A stretch of 64,000 nucleotides of DNA from positions 38,194,001 through 38,258,000 of the forward strand of contig CM059432.1 in NCBI GenBank assembly GCA_030390025.1. Direction: 5' to 3'. Origin of the DNA: Squalus acanthias (Eukaryota). The notes beneath the pieces were generated by a model. The model had not been told where the DNA came from and ran no database searches. It was given only the letters and a program-made list of their open reading frames with translations. This document shows positions 13,202 through 25,340 of this stretch, piece by piece. Made by a program: the position numbers and the translations under genes. Position 1 is the first letter of the stretch, and each line of letters begins with the position of its first letter.

Positions 13202-14114
13202 TTAATCTTCTAAATGTGGTAGTACCAAAGGTAACAGAAATGGGAACCTCATAAGACTTGTTGACAACCAAAATGCCTTCAAATAGGAAACCGTTAAATC
13301 TCTCCAAACGCCTCTCTCCCTCTCTCAACCTGTGTAGGCAGAATTGATTGCCAACAGGAAAAAAGCAGGAAGCGTACGCCTTTAAATAACGTTCCCCCAG
13401 CTCCCAGCCGACTGCAAACCATCCCCCTCTACCTGTCGTTCCTAGTGGCAGGCGCTAAGGCAGGGGGCGAAAATCAATTTCCGGTCCGGGGCGCTACCGG
13501 GGCGATGCGTGCTTGGATGACATCACGATCTCCGCGCGCAGGAGATCGTGGTGGTAGTGTTTAGCGCCACTGCAAACCACCAGTTCAATTTTGCGGGTGG
13601 CGCTAAAATTGCCGCGCACAGTCGGTAGCCGTTAGTGCCCCATTAGCGCCCCCCGGAGGCGCTAACAGGAGGCGCTAACCAACCAAATTTTCCCCCATAG
13701 TATATACAAGAACAACAGCAAAAACTTGCATTTATATAGCACCTTTAACGTAGAAAAACATTCCAATATTCTTCACATAGGCGTATTCAGACAAAAATGG
13801 ATGCCGAGACAAAGCAGATATTAGGAGGGGTCACCAAAAGCTTGATCAAAGAGGTGAGTTTTAATGAATGCCTTTAAGGAGAAGGAAGTAGAAAGGTGGA
13901 AGGATGTAGGGAGGGAATTCCAGAAAGTGGGGCCTCGACGGCTGAAGACACAACCGCCAATGGTGGGGTGCAGGGATGAGGGTTGCATAAGAAGAGGAAT
14001 GGAGGGAGGGGAGGGGATGTAGGGCTGGAGGAGATTATAGAGATGAGATGGGGCAAGGCAATAAAGGGATTTAAACATGAGGATGAAAATTTTAAATTTA
14101 AGGCATTGGCTCCC

Positions 14115-16336
14115 CGTCCCTCAATGTAGGTCACCTCCATTCACCTCGACATTTCTGCAGCTACCGATCTGCTCAACCACTCCCTCACCACCAGCTTTTA
14201 TGTCCTAGACCTTATTAAAACCATTACTCTCTCTCACCCTGGCCGCTCCCTGGTATGGCCCTCATTTTCGCTCCCTTAAGTTCAAGGGATGCAGACTTGA
14301 ACTGATATGGCGGACAACTGGTTTAGCCATTTACCGCCAGATCTGGCTGGACCACATAAAGCATTATCGGGTCCTGCTCTCGTCTAAAAGTGCTCACTAT
14401 TCCAGGATCATTCTGGAATGTATAAATAACCACCGGCTTCTTTTCTCTACTGCAAGCCATCTTCTTAAACCCCTCTTCCCTGTTTCCTCCACCCTCATCT
14501 CCAACAACAAGTGCGAGGAGCTCATGGACTTCTTTGTCTCTAAGATTGAGACCATCCGATCAGCTGCCTCTGCCACTTCCCTTCCTTCCCCTAGCCCACC
14601 GGGCCAAACTTCCTCTAAGGCTCCCCTCGCCCTAGCCCTGAACTCGCATCATTCTCAGTTTCTCTCCGATCTCCCCTCATGCCTTCTCCGAGCTCATCTT
14701 GTCCATGAGACCCACTTGCTGCTCCCTCGACCCTATTCCCACTAAACTGCTGACCACCCAACTTCCTCTTCTGGCTCCATGTTAGCTGATATTGTTAACG
14801 GTTCTCTCTCCTCAGGTATTGTCCCCCCATTCCTTCAAATCTGCCATCATCACCCTCTCCTCAAAAAAACAACTCTTGACCCCTCCGTCCTTGCAAACTA
14901 CCGCCCCATCTCCAACCTCCCTTTCCTCTCCAAAGTCCTTGAACATGTTGTCGACTCCCAAATCCGTGCCCATCTTTCCTGGAGCTCCATGTATGAATCT
15001 CTCAAATCAGGATTCTGCCCCGGCCACAGTACCAAAACGGCTCTTATCAAAGTCACAAATGGCATCCTATGTGACTGTGACAAAGGTAAGCTATGCCTCC
15101 TCGTCCTTTTCAACCTGTCTGCAGACTTTGACACGGTTGACCACTCCATCCTCCTCCAACACCTCTCCACCGTCGTCCAGCTGGGTGGCACTGCACTCGC
15201 CTGGTTCCATTCTAATCTATCTAATCGTAGCAAGAGAATCACCTGCAATGGCTTCTCTGCCCACTCTCGCATTGTTACCTCTGGTGTCCGCCAAGGATCT
15301 ATCCTTGGCCCCCTCCTATTTCGCATCTCCATGCTGCCCCTCGGCATCATCCGAAAACACAGCATCAGTTTCCACATGTGCGCTGACGACCACCCAGCTC
15401 TTCCTCACCACCACTGCTCTCAACCCCTCCAATGTCTCTAAATTGTCAGACTGCTTGTCCGACATCCCAGCACTGGATGAGCAGAAATTTCTTCCAACTA
15501 AATATTGGGAAGACCGAAGCCATTGTCTTCGGTCCCCGTCACAAACTCCATTCCCTAGCCACTGACTCCATCCCTCTCCCTAGTAACTGTCTGAGGCTGA
15601 ACCAGACTGTTCGCAACCTTGGTGTCATATTTGACCCTGAAATGAGCTTCCGACTACATATCTGCAGCATAACTAAGACCACCTATTTCTAACATTGTCC
15701 GTCTCCGCTCCTGCCTCAGCTTATCTGCTGCTGGAACCCAAATCCATACCTTTGTTACCTCTAGACTTGACTATTCCAACGCACTCCTGGCTGGCCTTCC
15801 ATGTTCTACCCTACGTAAACTTGAGGTCATCCAAAACTCGGCTGCTCATATCCTAACTCGCACCAAGTGCCGTTCACTCATCACTCCTGTGCTCACTGAC
15901 CTACATTGGCTACCGGTTAAACAATGTCTCGATTTTAAAATTATCATCCTAGTTTTCATATCCCTCCATGGCCTCGCCCCTCCCTATCTCTGTAATCTCC
16001 TCCAGCCTCACAACCCCCCAAGATATCTGTGCTCCTCTAAATCTAGCCTCTTGAGCATCCCTGATTTTAATCGCTCCACCATTGGTAGTCGTGCCTAGAG
16101 CTGCTTAGGCTCTAAGCTCTGGAATTCCCTCCCTAAACCTCTCTGCCTCTCTACCTCTCTATCCTGCTTTAAGACGCTCCTTTAAACCTATCTCTTTGAC
16201 CAAGCTTTTGGTCATCTGCCCTAATTCTCCTTGTGTGGCTCGGTGTCAAATTTTGTTTTATAACACTCCTGTGAAACACCTTGGGACGTTTTACTACATT
16301 AAAGGCGCTATATAAATACAAGTTGTTGTTGTTGTT
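14115..16336 (+). mobile_element. L2 LINE, 5'-truncated, with RT domain
   Basis: NYRPISNLPFLSKVLE, FDTVDHSILL, GVRQGSILGPLLF, CADD, LHWLPV; tail TATAAATACAAGTTGTTGTTG. Confidence 0.9.
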
Positions 16337-16781
16337 CTGCTCAGCAAGGACGGGGTGATGGGTGAATGGGACATGTTGTGGGATTGGATACGAGCAGCAG
16401 AGTTTTGGATGAGCTAAGGTTTACAGAGGGTGGAGACTGGAAGGCTGGCCAAAAGAGCATTGGAACGAATAAAGTCTGGAGGTGAGAAAGGTTAGGGTTG
16501 CAGTGGCAGATGGGTTAAGGCAAGCGTCGAGGTGGGTGATGTTACATAAGTGGAAGTAAGGGGCTTTTGTGATGCAGAGAACATAGGGTCAAAAGCTCAG
16601 CTCTGGGCCAAATCGGATGCTGAGGTTGCGAACAGTCTCATTCAGCTTGGCTGTCTGGGTGGGGAAAAGCAAACAGTGGCGAGATAACAGAATTTGTGGT
16701 GAGGGCTGAGACAATGGCTTCAGTCTTATCAATGTTTAACTGAAGGAAATTGTAGCTCATCCAAGACTGGATATCAGACAA

Positions 16782-17465
16782 AAGTGAGAAGTCGCACAAC
16801 ACCAGGTTATAGTCCAACAGCTTTATTTGATATCACAAGCTTTCGGAGCGCTGCTCCTTCGTCAGGTGAAGTGAAGAAATACAAATGGGCACAGCATATA
16901 TAGACAGAGAACAATGCCAGACAACTACAGTTAATCTTTCTAACTGCCCTTTATCACACCTCGGCAGAGAGACAATCACGGCAATCAAAGGTGTGGATGG
17001 TGTCCAAACAGGTCAGTCAGGGAGACATTACATCAAAGACAATAGCAAAATACAACAAAGACAATGAGGTGGGGTCACAAGGGGTCAAATGTGGCAGCTG
17101 GAGTCTGTATGGAAAACAAATTTGACCCATTGTGACCCCACCTCATTGTCTTTGTTGTATTTTGCTATCGTCTTTGATGTAATGTCTCCCTGACTGACCT
17201 GGTTGGTCACCATCCACACTTTTGATTGCCGTGATTGTCTCTCTGCCGAGGTGTGATAAAGGGCAGTTAGAAAGATTAACTGTAGTCGTCTGGCAGTGTT
17301 CTCTGACTATATATGCTGTGCCCATTTGTATTTCTTCACTTCACCTGACGAAGGAGCTGCGCTCCGAAAGCTTGTGATTTCAAATAAAGCTGTTGGACTA
17401 TAACCTGGTGTTGTGCGACTTCTCTCTTTTGTCCACCCCAGTCCAACACCGGCATCTCCGCATCA
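16782..17465. mobile_element. Fold-back Penelope-like insert with two hammerhead ribozyme motifs
   Basis: ~314-bp inverted arms (16777-17090 / 17120-17433), 14-bp TSD TGGATATCAGACAA (16768-16781, 17466-17479). Confidence 0.8.
17341..17377 (+). ncRNA. Minimal type I hammerhead ribozyme motif (mirror copy on - strand at ~16833-16869)
   Basis: TCAC-CTGACGA-A-GGAGC-TGC-GCTCC-GAAAGCTT-GTGA: conserved core, stem II, palindromic stem III, 4-bp stem I. Confidence 0.75.
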
Positions 17466-18639
17466 TGGATATCAGACAAGCAGTCTGACAGTACAGAGGC
17501 AGTTGATGGGTCCAGAGAAGTGGTGAAAAGAGGTAGAGCTGGGTGTCATTAACCTAGATGTGAAAAGTGACCCATGTCAGTGGATGATGACGCCGAGGGG
17601 CAGCATGTAGATGATGATCAGGATGGGGCCAAGAACAGATTTTTGCGGGACTTTGGAGGTGACAGTGCAGGGTTGAAAAACAAAGCAATTGTTGGAGATG
17701 CTGTGGCTATGATCAGATAGAATCTGAAAACCTTCACAAGAGAGCTAGACCAGTTCCTCGAACGATTGGGGAATCCATGATTTCCTTAAGAAGTGGACGT
17801 CAAGAATACTCTCTGAAATCAGTGCATTCACAATTTTTGGTTGCATTCAGAGACTATTTGTAACTTGCTCTGTTAATTAACATCATGGCATGTTGCACAG
17901 ATGGCCAGATGGGTGCAGCCTGTGATGTTATTCTGTGTTTTCAAATCTAGTTCCAGTATATGGCACGATTTCTTTGGTGAGACGTAAACCTTGGAATTGG
18001 TGTTGGCGTAATAAGTTATACAGGCAGCAGTGTGAGTATGGGGAAGACATTTGCAAGTTGTTGGACTCATGCGCTTTGCACCCAAAGAGCATTGCACTTG
18101 AAATTACTGCATGGTTTCTCAGTGGGTGGTATGCTTTCTCATGTGGAATTTGTGCTATGATCATTTCCCATACAAATCTTCTCATTAGTGCTACTTAAGT
18201 GGGTAGCCTGCAATATTGCTGCCTGCACGCACGGCACATACACTGGCATAGACCAGTTGTGGCAAATTGCCTGTTTCCGTGCTGTAAATTCTATGTAACC
18301 TCATCCATTTGAAATGGATGCTAGGAGACCAGCCAGGTTCTCACAGGTTAGGAACGCTAACCTAACAGCAGCAATAGAAATTTGTTTTCACTGGCAGACA
18401 CTTATCAAACAAACAGATTGCTTTCAGTGCTTCTCTGTCCTTTGATTTAATACAGGAGAATGAAAAGGAACAAAGCACGACCGCCAGAGATGTCAAATAG
18501 CACCAAGACTGCACTGTTTGCACCAGTCAATCTGCCATCCATCATATCTACAGAGAAAAGGCACATCTAGGTATCAATGACTGAGAATCACGCCCTCTGG
18601 AAGGTCAGGTTTAGCAGGCGGTTACAGAGCTGCACCATC

Positions 18640-19215
18640 TGATGCTGAAGACTTGTGCTCCAGAACTAGCCACACCTCTAGCCTCAAGCTGTTCCAGTAC
18701 AGCTACAACACTGGCATCTACCCGACAAAATGGAAAATTGCCCAGGTATGTCCTGTCCACAAAAAGCAGGACAAATCCAATCCAGCCAATTACCGCCCCA
18801 TCAGTCTACTCTCAAGAAGACCTATAGCCAACATGAAACACAAGGGAGTTGCTAGTGGCTGTCAAGGTAATGACAGCCCTCAATTTTTATATTCTGGCTC
18901 CTTCCAGGCATGTGCAAGGGAAATTTGTCATGATAGACAATTTGTTGTCTAAGATGTAACAAACAACCGAAAAGTTAGCTGATGCTTTTTTCAGCACCAC
19001 CAATAACTTCATCTCCTTTCCTACTGAACAGGAACAACAGCATGGCAGTTTGTCAAAGGTCACCCCTTTGCTGGATTTCCCAAAGGGTCATTGGTGACAT
19101 CAACATGGCCATCTTCATCCCATGGCATGATTAAATGGCCTACATGAACAGAAAAGACTTCTATTCCATTAATGTGCGGCAGGACAGTGATCACCAACAC
19201 TGTATCATGCAGATC
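18640..19215 (+). mobile_element. Short LINE RT fragment joined to a highly decayed Harbinger transposase fragment
   Basis: KWKIAQVCPVHKKQDKSNPANYRPISLLS followed by FLYSGSFQA and remnants resembling the transposase. Confidence 0.55.
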
Positions 19216-19234
19216 ATATAATCATAGAATCATA

Positions 19235-20126
19235 GGGGGAAAAATTCAGTTGGTTGCGCCTCCTGTTAGCGCCTTAAGAGGGCGCTAATGGGGCGCAAAG
19301 CAACTAGCGCCCGGGCACGGCGATGTTTGCGCCGCTCGCGAAATTAACTAGACATTTTGCGGCGGCGCTAAACACTACTGCCACAATCTCCTGCGTCAGC
19401 AGATCGTGACGTCAGTCGAGTGCGCAATGCCCCGGTTGCGCCCCGGAGCGGATATTGAGTGGCGCCGCCTGCCTTACCGCCTGCCACTAGCAACGACAGG
19501 TTGAAGGGAGCATTTTGCAGTCAGGAAGGGACTGGGGGAGCGCTATTTAAAGGCGACCGCTTCCTGCCTTTTTTTGTTGGTGACATTTTTGAACCACTCA
19601 TTCTGAGAGAGAGAGAGGGACTTCTGGAGAGATTCAACGCTGTGTGAAGGAGTTTTGGGTACTGAGCAGCACTTTGCAGGTTCATTTTGATTTGCCCTTC
19701 TTTGTATCGATTTAGAAGAGACTGTGGGGGCTGCACTCTGAGCTCTTTCCCTGGTACTCTCCATTGTTCTTTCCAGCAGATTTGATGTACAGGTCTCTCC
19801 AGGCCGAGATTCAAGGCTGCAATGAGCAGGATGTGGATGGAAAGCAAGATCAACCCTCCCCTTTAAGAACTGGTCAGCGCCATTGTGTCTGTGTTCCATT
19901 GCTGACTGACATCACATGAGCTTCGCCAGCGCTCTGAGTTAGCGCCTCGCTCCTCAGGCCTTTGCGCCTTAAGACAGATGTGTAGCGCCTGATTTAGCGC
20001 TCCAATCACCTCCAGGGGCGATAAAAGTCAAGTTTGCAGTCGAGGGCGATAATTAGTGCCAGGCGCTAATCTTTGCGCCCGGCCGATAATTGCGCCCCAA
20101 ACGGGGCGATACTGAATTTTTCCCCC
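19235..20126. mobile_element. Non-autonomous Harbinger MITE (same family as 296-1174)
   Basis: TIRs GGGGGAAAAATTCAGT / ACTGAATTTTTCCCCC; colinear with 296-1174. Confidence 0.9.
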
Positions 20127-20930
20127 GTGGAATCTTACAGCACCGGTCCACTGTGCCTGTGCCGGCTCTTTGAAAGAGCTGTCCAATTAAGTCCCATACC
20201 TCAGTTCTTTCCCCATAACCCTGAAAATTAGTCCTCTTCAAGTACATGCCCAATTGTCTTTGGGAAGTTCCTATGGAATCTGATTCCATCACCCTTTCAG
20301 GTAGTGTATTCCAGATCTTAACAACCCTTAGTGTGAAAATTCTCCTCATTTCCTTTCTAGTTCTTTTGCCAATTATTTTAAACCTGTGACCTCTGGTTAC
20401 TGACCCACTTGCCAGAGGAAACAGTTTCTCCCTACTTGCTCCATCAATACCCCTCATAATTTTGAACACCTCTATTGGGTCTCCCCTTAACCTTCTCTGC
20501 TCTAAGGAGAACAATCCCAGCTTCTCCAATCTCTCCTCATAACTGAAGTCCCTCATCCCTGGTATCATCCTGGTAAAATGCCTCTGTACCCTCTCCAAGG
20601 CCTTGACATCCTTCCTAAAGTGTGGTGCCCAGAATTGTACACAATACTGCAGATGAGCCCTAACCAGGGATTTGTAAAGGTTTAGCATGACTTCCTTGGT
20701 TTTGTATTCAATGCTCCTATTTACAAAGCCAGTATCCTATACGCTTTCTTAACCGCCATATCAACTTGTCCTGCCACCTTCAAAGATTTGTGAATATGCA
20801 GCCCAGGTCCCTCTACTCTTACAACCCCTTAAACTGTTGTTCCTCCCAAAGTGCTTCACTTCACACAAATTTAAATTGCATCTGCCTTATGTCTGCCCAT
20901 TTCACCAGTCTGTCTATGTCTATGTCCTAC
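20127..20930 (-). mobile_element. CR1 LINE 3' portion
   Basis: LYKSLVRAHLQYCVQFWAPHFRKDV, LGLFSLEQRRLRGD. Confidence 0.88.
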
Positions 20931-20954
20931 TATCATGCTCACTATTTACTACAT

Positions 20955-21753
20955 TGTCAACCCTGGATAAGTGATATAAATTAAACTTCGTAAAGATGGC
21001 ACATAAGATAAGAAAAATCTGCCTTCGTAAAGATGACACATAAAATAAGGGGCATCTACCCTTCACACCTTCTATATGGTGAACCCAGAACACCTGGAGA
21101 TGTGGCAGATTCTGGAATATTACAAGCTGATGTGGCAGTAAAGAATTGCAGAGGTCAGCAGAAAGATGAATAGTGATAATTAACTTGCATCAGCAGAAAC
21201 CTTAAGGAATACAACTGAAAAATGGTATAAATATTGAAGTCTCAAATGAGATTTCAGAGTCGCTTTAATCAGGCAAGGTTATTCTCGACTACAGAGGTGG
21301 CGCTGTGGTCTTCTACTCTTTGTACCTCGGGGATCAAAGGTATTTTGATATTGCTGGATATCCTGGATAGAAAATTTTAAGAACTGTAATACTGTAGCGA
21401 AGTTAAGATTTAAAAGTAAGATTCTCTGTTAAAAAGATCATATTTTTTCTCTTTTTAGAACTGTTAACGTTGTGATTGACTAATTCACCAACTGTAAATT
21501 GCATGTTGGTTCTTTTAATAAATCTCTATACATTTTTAGAATTGCCTCACATAAGTCTTCTGTATCAATAACTCTTTGGTGAAGAATTACATTTCTGAGG
21601 GGAGATCTCCAGACCCTCATAATATCCGGGACGTCACAGTCTAGCTAAACTTATTAAAAGTACTATCTGGAGGATGGTAACATTCTCAGGTTGTTCTTTC
21701 CTTTAGGGAGAGATAGCCCGGACCTTTAGACCCAGTTAAGCATCCTTAAGATC
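20955..21753 (+). repeat. Diverged, truncated LTR related to the foamy-like LTRs
   Basis: Shares TATAAATATTGAA, CAGTCTAGCTAAACTTATTAAAAGT and CCTTTAGGGAGAGATAG blocks in the same order; boundaries approximate. Confidence 0.8.
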
Positions 21754-22559
21754 AAAAACATTGCGATCAATTTATTTCTTTGTTTGGTGTCATGTGTCAG
21801 CATTGATAGTGTCTCTTGACTCCACTTCAAAGGTACTTAATTGGCTGTAAAGCGCTTTGAGACGTCCGGTGGTCGTGAAAGGTGTTATATAACTGCAAGT
21901 CTTTCTTTTCTTCTCACAATGCTTTTCCTTAGTGATGTGTATTATGTGTCACTTCTAATACCTAACCTGTGAATTCTTCCAAACGATTCCCCAGTAGAAG
22001 GAACAAGTGACCTGGCAGGTTTCAGGGACCGCTTGTCATTCAGGTGGCCCTGTACTTCCTTGTGCTGCTTCCTGAGATTGTCTTGCAATGATTCAGCTAT
22101 GTCTGCTGCTGCTGTGTTTAGCTGGTCCTGTCCACTGTAACTTGCACATGATGCTGGATGGGCAGCCTCACCCTGACAGACAGCAACCTCACCCATGCTT
22201 ACCTCAGCCACTCACTCAGCATGTTCATTGGTTTGTGTGAGAGTAGGCCTGAGGGAAGTATTGAGGTCTGTGAAGCCCTGCCTCATCTCCATCTCCTAGC
22301 ATGTTGAGTCCAGACAAGAGAACCTCTTGTAGATTGGTGCCCAAAGTCTTCTATAGCAGCAGTAGGAGTCTTTGTGTGGAATACTCTGACTGTACTTAGG
22401 ACATGTGCCACTGAGGGCGCCACTGCAGATGTCTCTGGAATTGCCATACACTCTATGGCAAACTGCGGTGTAGAAAATTCTTTCTCCCTGACTGCAAAGA
22501 TGCAGCTGGTAGACTCCTTCGCACTCCTAGCGTAACTTTGCTAATAACTTAGCTAATAA

Positions 22560-23230
22560 CTCCATTATTTAATAGAGGTGAGAGAGAGAAACCAGGCAAT
22601 TATAGACCTGTTAGTCTAACATCTGTTGTGAGGAAGTTATTGAAATATATTATTAAGGACAGAGTGACTGAGCACTTAGAGAAATTTGAGCTGATTAGAG
22701 TCAACATGGATTTGTAAAGGGTAGGTCATGTCCAACGAACCTAATTGAATTTTTTGAGGAAGTAACTAAAGTAGTAGACAGGGTAATGTCTATGGATTAA
22801 GTTTATATGGACTTCCAGAAGGCATTCGATAAGGTTCCACATAAGAGACAGTTAACTAAAATTAAAGCTCATGGAATTGAAGGCAAATTATTGACCTGGT
22901 TAGGAGATTGGTTAGGCGGTAGAAGACAGACAGTAGATATAACGGGTATGTACTCAAACTGGGAGGAAGTGACTAGTGGTATCCCACAAGGATCTATGCT
23001 AGGGCCTTCTCAACTATTCACTATATTTATTAATGAGTTACATAACACAATAGTGAGCCATATATCCAAATTTGCCGATGACAAAAAGATTGGTGGTAAA
23101 GTAAGTAGTGTATGGGAGCATAAATTTACAAAGAGACGTTGATAGATTAAGTGAGTGAGGTGTGAGGTCATCCATTTTGGACCAAAAACGGATAGATTTG
23201 AGTATTTTTAAATAGTGAAAAGCTAGGAAT
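22560..23230 (+). mobile_element. CR1 LINE RT fragment
   Basis: DFQKAFDKVPH, GIPQGSMLGP, KFADD. Confidence 0.85.
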
Positions 23231-23679
23231 GATGGTGGGAGGCGACATGCAAGTGGGGGCTCCTCTCCAAACGCTCATACTTCCATCCCTTTGCCAACCC
23301 CTCGGTCAGAGCCCCAGATGGCCGAGTCTGCCCCTGCACAGCCACAGAGGTAGCACCACATAGAAGCATGCATAAAAGAAAGTTCCCACATAAATAGTAG
23401 GGTAGTCACTTGGGTGATTTGCTATAAATGAATGTTAAGTTTCTGTTCTTTTACTTTGTTGTAATAAATTACTTTATCCTGATTGTTTGCATTCGATGCC
23501 ATATGTGTGCTCACAATTGGAAGTGGCAGAGTGAAGGGTAAGGGTACCGTTTATGTCCAACAATGGTGGTGACAGTGCAAAAAATGCACAGTTCATTGTA
23601 GAGATGCTCTATGGTGTTGAAGTGGGGTGATGCCAACCTTCATGCACATGTGGCAGCCACATGTCTGTGCTGCATAAAG

Positions 23680-24918
23680 TTAGGTGAATCTGGCATTGAT
23701 TAGGCCATTCCTGGTGTTACGGGCAGGAATGTGCTCGCGTGCTGATCGAACTGGGTCAGCTGCCTCCTCCAGGTCTTCCTCATGCTGAACCTCATTCTGC
23801 TCCTCCTCCTCCTCCTCTGAAGAGGCTGTGCGCTCTGCACCTTCTTCCTCATGCAGCGCTAATCCTCGCTGCAGTGCGATGTTGTGCAGGGTGCAGCAGA
23901 CAATGACGATTCTCGAGTCCCTGGCTGGTGCGTACTGAAGGGCTCCACCAGATCTGTCCAGGCATCTGAAGTGCATTTTGAGCAACCCTATTGTTTGCTC
24001 TATGAGACTTCTGGTAGAAATGTGGCTTTGATTATAACGCTCCTCAGACTTGTTTGATGGCCTCCTCATCGGTGTCATTAGCCATGTCTTCAGGGGATAG
24101 CCCTTGTCTCTAAGGAGCCAGCCGGAAAGTTCATTTGGCGGTATGAAGAGCTGAGACACAGTGGAGTGGCGCAGGATGTAAGAGTCATGGCAGCTGCCAG
24201 GGAACTTGGCTCACACATGCATGATGCTCTTCCTGTAGTTACACATCAGCTGGACATTAAGGGAGTGGAAGCCCTTGCGGTTGACAAATACTGCTGGGTT
24301 CTGATGGGGTGCCCTGATGGCCACATGTGTGCAGTCGCTGACGCCCTGCACCCGTGGGAAGCCAGCCAGATTGACAAAGCCGAGTGCCCGCTCGGTAACA
24401 CTGGCTTCATCAGTGGAAAAGTGGATGTAATTGGTGGACTTGTCAAAGAGGGCATCGGTGACCTGCGTGATGCATCTGTGGGCGGCCGACTGGGAGATGC
24501 CGCTAATGTCTGCAGCAGATCCCTGGAAGGACCCTGAGACAAAGAAGTTGAGGGCTGTGCTGACTTTGACAGCCACTGGTAAGGCATGTCCACCCGCTCC
24601 TCTGGGCTGCAGGTCTTGATTGAACATTGTGCAAATATCTGCGACTACTGTCGCGAAAGTCTCAGCCTCCTTTGGCACTGCTGCTCAGTCATGTTGAGGA
24701 AGCTCATCCTCTGCCTGTAAACCCTGTGTTGGGGGTATCTCCTGCGGCCCGGTGGAGCCCTGCACTGATGGCCTCTGCCCTGTGCAGCAGCAGGTGGTTG
24801 AGGAGAAGGTTGTCGCTCTTGTTGTTGGTGCTGCTGGTGTGCCTGGTTCTGCTGCTGCTGCGGGATGATCATCTTCCAATTCTGAGGACCAGGATGAGAG
24901 AGAATAAATCGCTCCCAT
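23680..24918 (-). pseudogene. Harbinger transposase of a second family, frameshifted (element extends to a TIR-like end near 25697)
   Basis: [65 protein letters not shown]. Confidence 0.9.
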
Positions 24919-25114
24919 TCTGCTGTTATATATGGCAGGTGAGGATGAGATGTTAGAAGCAATCAGTCAATGGGGAGAGAAGTTATTCCAAGGAGGTAAC
25001 AGTGGATATAGAGTTTACAGCACACACTTACAGCTTCAATAAGATCAAATGTGTCTTCCAAATCCTGAAATTAGCAACTTCTGACATTGGAAAGTGAACA
25101 GATGTGAAAGGTTA

Positions 25115-25340
25115 AATAACAACAGAAAACGCTGGAAAAACTCAGCAGGCCAGGCAGCATCCGTGGAGAGAGAAAAAGAATTAACGTTTCAGGTCGAAGA
25201 CCGTTCGTCAGACGAAAGGTCTTCGACCTGAAACGTTAACTCTGTTTCTCTCTCCACGGATGCTGCCTGGCCTGCTGAGTTTTTCCAGTGTTTTCTGTTG
25301 TTATTTCGGATTTCCAGCATCCGCAGCATTTTGCTATTGT
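25115..25340. mobile_element. Short fold-back Penelope-like insert with hammerhead core
   Basis: ~96-bp arms around a 1-nt centre at 25210; 15-bp TSD AGATGTGAAAGGTTA (25100-25114, 25341-25355); minus-strand CTGACGA..GGTC-TTC-GACC..GAAACGTT at 25183-25211. Confidence 0.8.

Larger units (their letters stand above)
9469..13696. mobile_element. Full-length (degenerate) Harbinger/PIF DNA transposon
   Basis: TIRs GGGGGAGAAATT / AAATTTTCCCCC, flanks ACA/ATA (3-bp TSD with one mismatch), convergent Myb-like and transposase genes. Confidence 0.9.
13710..17720 (-). mobile_element. Old L2 LINE, interrupted by a + strand L2 and a Penelope-like insert
   Basis: L2 3' end on the minus strand (FKSLYCLAPSHL, KTHLFDQAFG, ACTTGCATTTATATAGC tail); resumes after 16337. 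Confidence 0.65.

Noticed and set aside
16885..17325. Two mirror-image 60-aa ORFs (MGTAYI...)
   Set aside because: Consequence of the inverted repeat; no evidence of coding function
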